DNA of 64,000 nucleotides from Auanema rhodensis. Lineage: Eukaryota > Animalia > Nematoda. Below, one piece after another: positions 42,501 to 60,742 of the stretch. Location of the stretch: assembly GCA_964057225.1 (NCBI GenBank), contig OZ059898.1, positions 11,098,001-11,162,000 on the forward strand. Direction: 5' to 3'. Every line of letters begins with the position of its first letter. Position 1 is the first letter of the stretch. Both the position numbers and the translations under genes were made by a program. The notes beneath the pieces were generated by a model that ran no database searches, was not told the DNA's origin, and was given only the letters and a program-made list of their open reading frames with translations.

Positions 42501-44224
42501 CTTCTATGGCCAACCATATCAAATAGAATCTGGGTAAGCTTTATGCACATTTCATAGCACAAACTCATCTTCTACTTTTGACCAAAAAAGGGCATCTTTC
42601 TTCACCATAAAAACAGAATAAAAAGCAAAATTATAATATTATAAGATAGCTTCTAATATATCTAACTTAGCAAACATTATCATAGTTATATATACACCTT
42701 ACTCATAACATAATAACCATCTAACATACTTTTTCATTTACCTAGTGCTTCGACTCACGCATCCCTCTACCGCCACAACACTGTTGCCGATGATATCATC
42801 GTAGGTGATTACAGATTTTACGGATACGCACTGGCTAATCCAAATGGAACAGAACATCATCATCATCATAGCCGACGTGTTCAATCAAGCGCAGCACAAA
42901 CTCAAATTGGTCATGTATTCAATTGAAGATCTACTTCGTTGTTGCTTCACATCAAATTACAACTCTTCAGTTGAATACGATATGAATAAGCAACGAAAAT
43001 CATATAAAATCCTAATTTGACATCACGTACAACATACATCAACCTTTCATATCTTTTTATATTAAGTTTTAGCTTCAAGAGCTTTTTTTTTTCACTCAAA
43101 TACACTCATTCAAATTTCAAACATTTACAATCCATTTCATTGAAAGCCGTTTGTCTTGTAAACTTGCCACATTTGATTTTGAACGGATGTCTCTCACTAT
43201 TTTATATCATTTGATTTTTGCTCAAATTATAATTTTTGTTATTTTTTTCACGATCATAACGATAATCAATAGTCAATGACATATCCTATTGAAAACATTT
43301 TCTTCAAAATACACATTTCTTTTAATATATTGCGAGAGCGTTAGCTAGATGATGATAATGTTATTTCAACAACTATTGCTCTTCTTATTTTTTGAAGATA
43401 GTCAATTAGTATCGAAGATGTATCAAACTTTAATGTTTTTCAACTTTCTTTTCTTTTCATTCTTTTGGATGGAAATTTGTTTCTCAAAAGCTCAACTATG
43501 TTTGTTTGTAAATATGAAAATTGTTTTATAGTAGCCCGTTTTTATCGTTTTTCTCCTGGTGCTTACACTATATCATAGGAACATATCATGATTGTGTACC
43601 ATTTTAAATAAAATTTTAGCTTTCACTTTCTATTTTTAACTTTCAACAGAAATAATATATGTATATAGGAAAAAAGAATCGTACCTGATATATCCCACAT
43701 TTGAAGATGTACAATTTCCGTAGAATTTACCACGACTACTTTCAAGGCGAAATCGACTCCTATCTGAAAATATTAAAATCAAAATCAAAATGTAAAAATG
43801 AAATAAATTTGACGTGCGACCGCTTCTAGTACTACACCAACAAGAAATAACGTGATGAGAATAAATTAGAATATACATAGATATATGATTATTGGTCAAA
43901 TTAAAACAATTAATATGCTAATTTAAACTTACAGTTGTTTTATAATTATTTGTATATACATTATGAACATATCTACGAATAATAGATGTTTTTCCGGTGC
44001 CGGGATCACCAATTACAAGAACTTTGAATGTGTTTTGACTTCTGATCACTTTTCCTGATTCCTGTAAAATTGATTAAAAATAAAAATAGAATACTATATC
44101 ATAATAATCAAGAACTGTTTCATGGTAAAACTAAATTCAGAATTATAAGCAAGATAAAGTACTTTTTAAACAAAACCATCTAATAATGTTCGTTGAGTGA
44201 TATAAATGATAAATTTACCTCCAT
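33536..44224 (-). CDS. glo-1: Rab32/38-family small GTPase for gut-granule (lysosome-related organelle) biogenesis; 9.6-kb intron at 34104-43684
   Basis: ME|ESGKVIRSQNTFKVLVIGDPGTGKTSIIRRYVHN..YKTT|IGVDFALK..LQMWDIS|GQDRYGVMTRVYYKDAHAAVIVLDSAR|EQTVEGALRWKTDLDQKVTL..PTILLANK..SAK..SPSCCSSF*. WDISGQDRYGVMTRVYYKDAHAA is characteristic of GLO-1. Confidence 0.95.
38496..42926 (+). CDS. Uncharacterised multi-pass membrane protein (~16 TM), nested antisense in the glo-1 intron; 5' end uncertain
   Basis: About 15 exons splice in frame, giving many hydrophobic helices and a polar C-tail ending ..AQTQIGHVFN*. Confidence 0.8.
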
Positions 44225-47028
44225 AACTACTTGTGAAGCTGACCTACCAATACGATAAGAAAGAACTAAAATATAAATATGATTAATATATAAAACAAAA
44301 ACTCTCAGAGAATCAACGAAAAGTAGAAAACAATATCTGTATTGAGTTCAATGATACAACTGAAAACTGCAAAAACAACTTTCAACTTACTAACATACTA
44401 TGCATAATAATGTTCATGAGCTTTTGAAAAAGAAAGAAAATAAAGTACTAATAATCAGATAAAGATAACCGGCATACAGGTGATGTAACACGGACAGCCT
44501 GAATGCAAAATCATGATTATTTGTGTGCCAGAAGCATGTGCGACATATCAATGTCCTCATATTCAAAACTGCATAAACTACACACAAATATTTACTAAAT
44601 TATATGATACAATTTATATTGAATACGTATTATACTTCTATATAATTTGATAAATTTCATATATCTATATAAATGCAATCTAAGCTATTTTTAATTTTCA
44701 TGTTAAGTTTAAAAACTTAAATTCGAAAGTTTTGGATTATCATATTATTTTATTTAATAGATAGAGATGATTGCCTTGGAATAACAATGCTGACTAAAGA
44801 GTTGGTACCACTGAGCAATAGTTAAACTAGTTACACGACTTTCGAATACAAGATGACAAATTATTATCTTTCATATGAATATATAAATTAGAAAAATATA
44901 TATTTTTCTAAATCAGAGTTTCAATAATAATAATATCATTAAAATAAAATAAAAGAACGAATGCTTAAAACCCAAAAAGGAATAACAGATAATATGAAGA
45001 TGTCCTTCTGCTCACAGGAAGAAATGATATAAAATTCCGAGACCCTGCTAAAGAACTGTGATAAAGTGAAAAATAAAAAAACGTTGAGAAAAAAAACCTC
45101 ACAGCATGAGATGACATGATAGGACAGACTGCGGCCATGGCATGATTAGTCAAACAGTACAAAACTTTTACTTGTTTTCCAAAAAATATGCAAAATTTTC
45201 GTATACTGGAGATTATGTACAGCTTGATAAAGCTTGTAGGAATCTTTGAAGCAAGAATTTTTATTTCAAATTTACTGATTACGTTTTTCCACACATCTTT
45301 TCAAATATATTTCGTTAGGATGCCTTATCAATTGATTCGATTGTTCTCTTTACGGGTCTACTGAAGTTCTTATGTAAAGATATCTGAAAATTGTTTCAAT
45401 GTTACAAGTTTTCATTACATCTCTTGCCATTTTCACGCATTACCACTTAGGTAACGCTTGATGATCGAAACGCTTTCATGCCTGAGTTTTCAAATTCAAC
45501 TGTTTTTTTCGACATATTTCTTATCATTTTTGTGATTTGTGGCAATCCATGGTGATTAGAATGCGTGATTGTTACCCTTTTTTTATTGTTGTTTCCTCAG
45601 CTTATTTTCTTTTTTTTTTCTACTTTATAATTCGTATTTATTATGATTAAAGTAGAAACTTTTTTTTGTACATATTAATCAAACTTGTAAATTCAAACCT
45701 GAGAAAGTTATAGTTTTTATTATCCAAACTAGAAACAATTACATAGTTCATGATGGATATGCTATTAAACTACAAATAATTCTTAGAGAGTATACGATTA
45801 ATGAGAGTTTAGGCAGATATCTGAAATATTTTGAGTTGGCTATGATTCAAAGAGAAAAATAACAATAACAAAGTTACGTTGATCATGTATGCAGTGCTGG
45901 GATAATCAGGAACATCGAATGTACGATTTGAGAAAACATACATAGAGGTGAAAAAACAGAGTAAGATGGAGGAGTTAGTCTGCTTATCAACAACCAATTC
46001 CGTGCTATCATTTGTTATCTCGAATAGCCTCTCTGCTTGTAGCAACTTGCTTGATATGGTATCAAGCTCGTGAGCATTCGAGGTCACAACCTTTGAAGAG
46101 TTTGATGTTCGGTAAGCTGTTTTGTTTATTTCACGTGACACACGTGATATCATTAAGAAAACAGAGGAAAGTAAGTTCAGTTTCTGTTACAAGGTTCAGT
46201 TGAATAGTGAGTCAATCATAGTTTCAATTACTGAGTCCTTCAGATAATCATAGAGATAAAGAAAGGAGTTTAAATAGTTCCGTACAGGTATTTCATTCCA
46301 TTTTCATGGCATTATCAATACTGTTTTCATTTCCTAGCTACATATAATTCAAATGCTTGAAAACAATTATACATCTTTTTTTTATTTCAAAAACTGTTTC
46401 GTAAAATTTCAGAATAACATTTGCAAAACGGTAAAGTTTCTCTGTATGTCAGTAGCGGATTTCCTTATCAGTCTGTTCAACATTACCATCGTATTGCTTC
46501 ATGAATTATCGGTCGTCTTAGTTGTTCAATTTTTTTCATAAATTTAACATTTTTTTTTGATATTTTTATGTCTTCTTCACACATGTTTTTTTTTTTTTTT
46601 TGAAATTTTTTATTTTAAATATTCTCTTAGATAAAAGCTCCATTCAGTTTTTTTGTCATTTTTTTCAGTAACAATATAGTTTATGATCAGCAATAAGATC
46701 AAAATATAGATCATCTTTATAAGGCTTTTCGAATAAGATTGGTTTAGGCGCCAAAGAACTCAAATTGTTAATCTGATTCTCGATCTTTGCATTCTATATA
46801 TATAATGATATTTCTTAATTGTAGTCTTTCTTTTTCTCATTTTTTTCTTTGAAAATATTGCCTACTTGTTCTTACAGTAGACCATATACTTCCTGAAATT
46901 GGATAGCAATAATTCTGAGGTTTTTTTTCAGCTCTATAACAGGACTAAATATATCTAATGCAATATTGATTTAACAAGAAAATATAAATAATCTTAGCGA
47001 AATAACTGCCAGATATCCTATCCGGTGA

Positions 47029-53151
<6,123 letters not shown>

Positions 53152-53644
53152 ATTTTCATGTGCCCTATACGATTCTTTGTGCTATCTATCTGGTGAATGC
53201 ATTTTCTGTGTATATGCATGCTTCAAGTTTTAATGTTTTCTTACCACTGCTGTTCATACTAAAGGAACCTTTCCTTAGGTCTCATTTTAATATATATATA
53301 GAAATTTTGCAAATTGTGCTTAGAGAATTTTATAGATTTCTATATTTTAATTGCTAATAATTGCTAATAAATTTTCAAATTTCTTAATTTAATGTGTTTA
53401 TTTTTAAGTTAATGATAATAACAAATAAACATGAAGAAATAGAGGACAGCTAAAGCAGATGCCCATGAATTGTAAAATCGTTATTAACAATCGACTTGGT
53501 GGGTAAACAGCATAGATGGGCGTGGCATGATTGACCTTATGTTACAAACATTGAATCTGTCCAGATCAGGTCAAAAAATATTTCACGTACTGTTTAGAAA
53601 CCAGTCGTAGTAAGACTGGTTTTGTATTTTATAGTTGTACCAGT

Positions 53645-53659
53645 GGCGGTAAATTTAAA
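53645..53659 (+). promoter_or_regulatory. E2F/CHR (DREAM/DRM)-like motif upstream of the Smoothened-like gene
   Basis: GGCGGTAAATTTAAA is close to the GGCGGGAAATTYAAA-type composite site, in a GC-richer patch ~500 bp before the ATG. Confidence 0.4.
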
Positions 53660-53768
53660 TTTCATACTACGTAATATTCCGTCCCAGTTATTTTTGCCAG
53701 GCGCTAGCCTGCGGATATAACCCCAAGAAGGAAGTTCAGTGTTGATTAGGCGGCAGTTACTACTCTAG

Positions 53769-53771
53769 TAT

Positions 53772-53817
<46 letters not shown>
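53769..53817. repeat. (TA)n microsatellite, imperfect
   Basis: TA run with two TAAA interruptions. Confidence 0.9.
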
Positions 53818-53820
<3 letters not shown>

Positions 53821-54139
53821 CTGGCATTCCATATTTTCTCTTCCTTGTTCATCATGGATCTACATGAAACGTATGATTGTTCTAATTCCATAACGCATGA
53901 GTAAGCAAAATCATTATGTTTTCAAACTATTTCATGGCATATTCTTTAACATTGGCTTAGCCCATTATTTCAACCGCAATCTACCGCAGTTTAATCATAT
54001 CAATCTTTATGTTTCTTCTAATATCTTCTTTCCTTTAAACTAAAATTTGTAGTCGCGTTTCCTCTCATTTTAGTATTTTTTCAAAAAGTTTATTTACTTT
54101 TAGATGTTAATCTGGTGTCCAACACAGTAGTTTTTGGTA

Positions 54140-57100
54140 ATGCGGTTTAAACAAGTTTTTATCGTTTTGTTTTCGATTTTTATTTGTGACTCAGGTATTT
54201 TTTACATCGATGATAAACATTATAATTAAAACATTCAGTCAAATCTGATCCCGACTATGATGACTTGATCGAGGAGATAAAATCTCATTCAATTCCAGAT
54301 CAAGTTTTAAGTGATGATAAAATTGATATCAATAAGGTACATTACAGATCTTTGATTCATTTTCTGGTTCTCATGTCTTTTTAAGAATCTCGCTCTTGCT
54401 GTTCTTTCCGGAAGAACTTGCGAAACTAGTTTAAATATATGGAAATGTAGTGCCGATTGCAAGTTGGAGTACCCATCGAATGGAACTGATTTTCCTCGAA
54501 AATGTTAGTTTATTAAAACATTCATTATCAAATTTACGAAAATTGTGAATATACATCATATCGTTGTTAGTTGAGGCAACATTGAGACTATTGCGTGCAC
54601 TCTAATTATTGATTTTCATACTTCTTAGCTAGGAACGCAACATTGCACTTTTGAAATTTAGAATGACACTTTTCCTTAAAACGCAGAAGGTTCATCGATT
54701 AGGCTTCATAATGCAACACTCTAGGTCAATCTCCCGTAGTTGGATTAAAATGCTTTGGGATTCCAATTAACTATTCATATGTGCACGAACCAGTGGATAT
54801 TCAATTCCCTTCGGAATACTCTGTGTTGCAAAAATTTCCGAGGTAGGAAATTCATTTGGTTCAAAATTAATCATCTATCTAGATGTTGGAAAGCTCTTGC
54901 ACCTCTGTTGTGTGTTCGAATTTATCGACCATGTGCTTATCACAAATTCTATCATAAAACCATGAGCGGAAAACTTGAGGTGTGTACTCATGAACTATAT
55001 TCTTAAGTCGCGAATATTTCTTTAGACTGGAACAATGGAAATCTGGGCTCGAATTCGACGTCAAAACTGTTTTCTTGTTAAAAAAGCATGTGCAGATATT
55101 GAGAAGGAAGGCTTTTTCCCTGAATGGATGAACTGTAGTGACGAAGATAGTGGGCTTCTGGGAGGCTATAATCAAAACCGCACACTGCCCCATGCTCCGA
55201 AATTTTTTTCTGATACGTGTGGCGTATGTTTATTGCTTTGTCCTCTTCAAGTTCAATTCGAATTTTTCAGATTGGCAGATTACCTATTCTGAATGACATT
55301 TCTGGTCAGTGTCCTCATCCCTTGCTAGAGATACCTATGGATCAAGTTAAAACTGCTAAGCCTCTAATTGATACATGTTATCTGCCTTGCCGGTAAGAAG
55401 AAATTAATTTTTTCTTCATTTCTTGTTTAGAAGCGAACAGGTGCCGAACTTCTATAGAAGCCATCAAGTTACCACTCAGTTTGCACTTAGCGTAATATTT
55501 TTTGTTATTTTCTTCTTTATTTGGGTTGGTTTTCCGCATTTATGTTCAAACTGATTTTTACCGGTTCTCAGGCATATCTTTTCTTTTTCTCGCGGATTTA
55601 CACTAGAAGTATTGTCGCATTTTGTATAACCCAAGCCTTATTTTCTGCTAGTGTTTACTTTTTTGTTTGGGCATTAACTGGAAGCTCATTTGTTGCTGAT
55701 GCTGCAGAATGTTCAGGTCAAGTTCGCCGTAGCGAATACTTCAAGTCTTTTGACTGGTCAGATTTTATTGACTGGCTAATATATTTTACCAATAATATCT
55801 AGGTGTGTATGGCAGTCTGTGCTACTCCAGTCAAGTTTCATTTCTTCCTTTTTCTGGTTGTTGACCCATTATGCTTTCAACATTTGGTCTCCTTGTTTCC
55901 AAGATCGAGGCAAAGTGTATGTTTTAATAATTTGTTCAATTTTTGTTTCCCTTTTCAGTCGTTTATTAATCAGTGATTTTCAGAAAGGGAGTTAAGTTAC
56001 GCGGGTTTTTAATGCTTTCAATTACGGTTCCATGTGTCATCGTACCTTTGCTTCTGGCTTTTGTCAATATTGTTCGTGTAGTATTTTAAATTTCAAACAT
56101 GTGTTACATTTTCCAGCAAGAATTTGATGGCGTAACTGGGCTCTGCCATATTGGATTAAAGTCAACATGGAAATATCTTACTTTCTTCATTCTTCCGCTA
56201 GCTGTGCCGTTTTTCATAGTCGGTCTTTCCTGCTATATTGTGTACAAGGGCAGAGATGGTATGACTCTTTTATAATAACTGAAAAAAATATCATATTCAA
56301 GAACTGATACACATTGAAGTTCTGGATGAAACCAAAAATCGTTTAGCTAAGATAGAGGATCATTATAGACTTCGGGCATATCGTTTTCTCTGGGTATTAA
56401 CACGTTAATCTTTTTGCTCGTAAAAATGAAGTTTAGTTCAAAGGAATGGCCAATGACACCAAACTAGATGATCTGAAAAAAGTAGATTTCCGGGAAGTTG
56501 AAGAAGCAGAGAAGGCTGACATTGAAGCTCCAGAATATCCTACCGAACTAATTCTTAACTTCAGTAATATTGAAGAACGGTTAGTATACCAAAGCTATTA
56601 AGTATTAAATTTGAATATTTCAGGGATCGCAAACCTGGAAGTATTTATTACAGAAAATTAAAAGAATTCGAAAAACAAGGTGCTACATTTGTGGATATGA
56701 CGGGTGGAATCATGCCCCAGAGTACGTTATAAATTTTCAGTTCAAACTTAGAATATCTTTACAATCCTAGTTCCATTTATTTCTTACATTACCAAAATCT
56801 AAAACCTTTCAGAGGAATTGTGTGTTGCTTTAGCCGAACACTATGCTTATCTGTATACTGCTCGCTTAACGACGATTCGCGAAAGATACCGAAATGGCAT
56901 TTATCCTCGTTGGTCATGTAAGATTTATTTTTAAAACATATTTTGATATATCCGTTTTAGTTTGTATCCTTATCACTGGACTTGCAATGATACTTTTCTC
57001 CTGCATATTGCATCCTGCTTTTATTGGCGTTGAACCAGATCATGAGATTATGCAAATTAAAAACCATATTAGGTACCCAGATGTTGAGAGCATGACTCAG

Positions 57101-60100
57101 TTCACATTTATTTAGATGCAAAATTACTGCTTTATTAGAGAATGGAACGGCTGATTGGATAGAGATGGAAGGCGCTGACTATGTCAGTGATCACTGTACT
57201 CTTGAAAACGTTTATTCCTTTTATAGAGCAGACGGTGAGAAAGTAGATCCTTAACGTATTTCAGCTTTGAAATTTTAGCTGTAATCGCAGTGTTCATAAT
57301 TCTCCCAGCTATTCCCTTCCTTATTATTGCTCTGGCTTTTGTAACGGGATGGGTTTCAAGCGGTGGTATGCCAAGAGTATGATGTTATTTTTTCTACTAT
57401 AGTTTATTGTTTTCTTTATAGGCTAGGCTTATTTGTGATAATTGGAAGACATGTTGCAGGCCTTCCAAGGGAGATGATATAGAGTTAGAACTGTTGACCA
57501 AACCAGGCAAGCAATCAAGTTATAACATAAATATTTTGTTGTTTTTAGATGACATTGACGTTCAAAGTTTTCCCACTGGTGAATGTCACCGATTTGCCTC
57601 GTCAGAAAAGATTTCAGCTGCCGTTACAAACGTAAATATATTCCTTTAGTAGTTATGCTAACGCTAAAAGTCTTTTCTAGAGTCCTGATCTTAGCGTAGC
57701 TATTAGTGAACCAACTGATCACAGGGAGTTAGAAAACAGAAGTTTTGATAACTGCGGTAGAACGTAAATGTTGTATATTTTGTTCTTTATAATCTGTGTA
57801 TCAATAGGCTTGAATCTGTTAGTCGTTTGAAGGAACAGAAGAAAAGAAAATCTATGGATTCTGTTCCATTAGGTCGTACAGATGCAGAGCTTGCGGGTAA
57901 AGCTTTTGATAGGATGCATCCTGATTTGGTATGTGAATGTTACAGTTAGTGTGCTTGAGTTAAAAATTTTTTAGAAAGCTGTTTTCGACATGGTTCAATT
58001 TTCTGCAACTCGTGACGGTGTCTGGTCTGAAAGACAGAGGAATCTCACTGATTTGATGCAAGATCTTTCATCTTATCTTAATTATACAAAATGTCTCATG
58101 CTAGTAGATTAATTTAAACGAACATCTCTATTGTAGTTATGCTTAACAATGATTCCGTGGCTTGGACTTTGGCTATAGATGTGCTACGCAGAATTGAAAT
58201 TCTACTTCAAGATGTTTGCCTCCCAGATGCGACACCGCAAGTTATAATGAGTGCATTCCAACTTTTTTTTAATTCACTGTTTTTTTAATTTTTTAGATTT
58301 CCAAGGGTTATTGAATGAACTGATGCTTGTCGTTCCTTCCTTAAGCGATCATACTTCAAATATGGGAACTTGGTGTTCTGCTGTGCAAGATGCTATCACT
58401 ACATTACGATGTGCTCAAACTGGAATAACTGGAACGGTAAAAAAATTGAAATTTAATTGAAATTTAATTTTCTCATTTAAGTCTACGTCTTCGTCTGATA
58501 GTAATGCTGTAACTAATGCTACCACTGGTACCACTATTACCCCTACCACCTCAAACATTGTTACACCTGTAGTGACGGCTACGATCACGGCACCTATTAT
58601 CAGTTCGAATATAAATGCGAAAACGTCTCGACCTGATTGTTTGGTTAATAAGATGTACTTATATTTATGATGTTTTTTTCAGGTTCAAAAATTCGTAGTA
58701 CGAATCCGCTTGAAACTCAGTCATCTAAATCTCGAAAAACTAGTCTTAAGCGACCATCCCCATCTAGTGTGCCAAATGTTACTGATTTTAAAAAGTCTGA
58801 TGAGCCAAAAGCTAAAGAGAAAACTCGTAAATCTCCTCAACCCAAAGCTGGACCTTCAGGATTAGGAGCATCAGGTTTCATTGAAAATGCGCGGGTTGTT
58901 GATATAGAAGCTGACGATTCAGCTGTCGGAGATGTCGAACCAGCGTTTGATGCGGAAGAAGCTAAGAGAATTCGCCGAGCCACGTGTAGGCCTATTGAGG
59001 AGCAAACTCCTAGCACAACTGAGAGTGAAGATAGTGATATGGATGATCGCATTGATGCTACAGCTTACTTACGTGAATATCATGCACAATCTCGTATGAA
59101 TGGTACCTTTGATTCTAAAGAAGTTGTTCCTATTCCTCCTAATCCAACGAAAAGAATAGCAAGAACGAAAGCTGATTTAAATTCGCATCGAAAGCAGTCA
59201 GAGCATGTTCGTAATCAATTGTTAGCTGTACAAAAAAATTTGAAAAATCAAAAGGCAAGTGAACAAAAACAAGAAAGCGAGCATTCTTATAAGAGTGTTC
59301 AGATGCAAGCAACTGCCAATCCAACTAATCGACCTATCCCAGTGGAACAGCAACCAGGAATAGCACCACCCAAGAAAAAAATAGAAGTGATGCTTCCGAA
59401 TGGGGGTGGTTTAGTCGGACAGGTACCTGCTGCTCCACTATTTCCGGTGCGCCCTGCTCCTGCGCAAGAACAAAATCGCGCTTTACCACCCAGAAATGCA
59501 CAGCCTGCTAATCCGGCTAACCTACCACAGCCTGCAAACCCTGCACCACAACCTGCTCCAGCTGCTGGTCGGCGAGCTGGTCCTCGGAATACCAACCGTA
59601 TGTTTATATACAATTGCCGTATGCTATAGAAATTTTTAGGAAGGGGTCAACGGGGTGCTGCTCATGAGCCAATTAATTTTTTACAACAGGCGATCAATGA
59701 TATGAATAATGTTGAACCTCGCCCTAACGATGCTCCTGTTAGAGGTTTGTGTATTAAGTAATTTACATCTTACGAATTTCATGTGTTAGATTTATTTCAG
59801 TAGGTCCATCAAATGTTATTAGTGGCTATACCGAATCTTATTCGGCAGTTCCAAGAGGGTTTTTAACTAGTTTAACTGATGAAGAACTAAGGTTACGGGT
59901 GGCTCGTCTCCGAGAGATATGTAATGAAAGGCTTTATCCGCAAGAGGTTTATTTAAGTGTGAATTGTTTATTTGAAACCTATTTTAGATAATGTATATAC
60001 TGATTCTCAGTGGTGATATTCGCTCATTCACTCCGCATAATCGGCCTAATGAGAGACACGTAAAAGTTGCAGCTTTTAGATCCATTTTTGGAGATTCACC

Positions 60101-60742
60101 CTGCATAAACGTATCCTATTCTCCGCAAATATTCTTAAGATGTATGAGACGCCGAGCTGTAACAGTTGTTGGTGCTATTGGTTATCACTTTTCAAAATGT
60201 GATCGTCCTTTCAGAGAGTAAGTATGTTATTCATTTATTTAAAAACATTAACGTTATTCAGATATCACCCTCCAGTATTACCACCCTTGGGTATGCAAGA
60301 AATGGAGAATGAATTGACTATGGGTAGAATTCTTGGAGCAGATGCTCTTTTACCTATTAGAGAATTACTCCGAGAGTTTAACAACGGAGAGTACGTGTTT
60401 TCTTGTGCTTAGCATTTTTTTTTCAAAAATATTTTAGTAATCCCCTTGAGTATCGCCCAGAACTAAATGTTGTGCGATCATTCGCTAGCTATTTCGATAC
60501 ATTTGCTGAAGCTCGAGGTTTTCCAAATCAGAGGGTGAGAACTCATGGCTTTTGAGTTTTATATTTATGTGTTTCTTTAGGAAGAATACGTCCCAGATCC
60601 CGAGCCCTTTATTCATTTAGATGTCCCTGGTGCTGACGAGAGTGCTGAAAACAATGTTAATGGTATGGAATTGATTTTTATATAGTTGAATATTGAAATT
60701 CCAGATTTAGAAATTGCTGATCCTCAGGAAAGACGAGAGTAA
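54140..60742 (+). CDS. smo: Divergent Smoothened-like class F GPCR (signal peptide, CRD, linker, 7TM, very long C-tail)
   Basis: Signal MRFKQVFIVLFSIFICDS; CRD CQSPVVGLKCFGIPINY..YSVLQKFPRCWKALAPLLCVRIYRPC..CFLVKKACADIEKEGFFPEWMNC..FFSDTC; linker SGQCPHPL..CYLPCR; ECL2 QEFDGVTGLCHIGLKSTWKYLTFFILPL; TM6 ..MILFSC..KNHIRC; TM7 FVTGWV. These align motif by motif with human SMO ([83 protein letters not shown]). Confidence 0.85.

Noticed and set aside
53686-53714. Sm-site snRNA or SmY (TATTTTTG plus stem-loop)
   Set aside because: No convincing 5' stem or similarity to U/SL RNAs; better explained as promoter sequence.
53854-53900. Upstream ATG exon (MDLHETYDC..) as the smo start
   Set aside because: Could not splice it in frame; ATG 54140 gives a clean signal peptide.
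54140-57400. Ordinary Frizzled (Wnt receptor)
   Set aside because: Lacks KTxxxW and Frizzled-type CRD motifs; CRD and linker match Smoothened.
58837-59613. Minus-strand ORFs opposite the 320-aa exon
   Set aside because: Antisense shadows of the Pro/Ala-rich smo tail exon.
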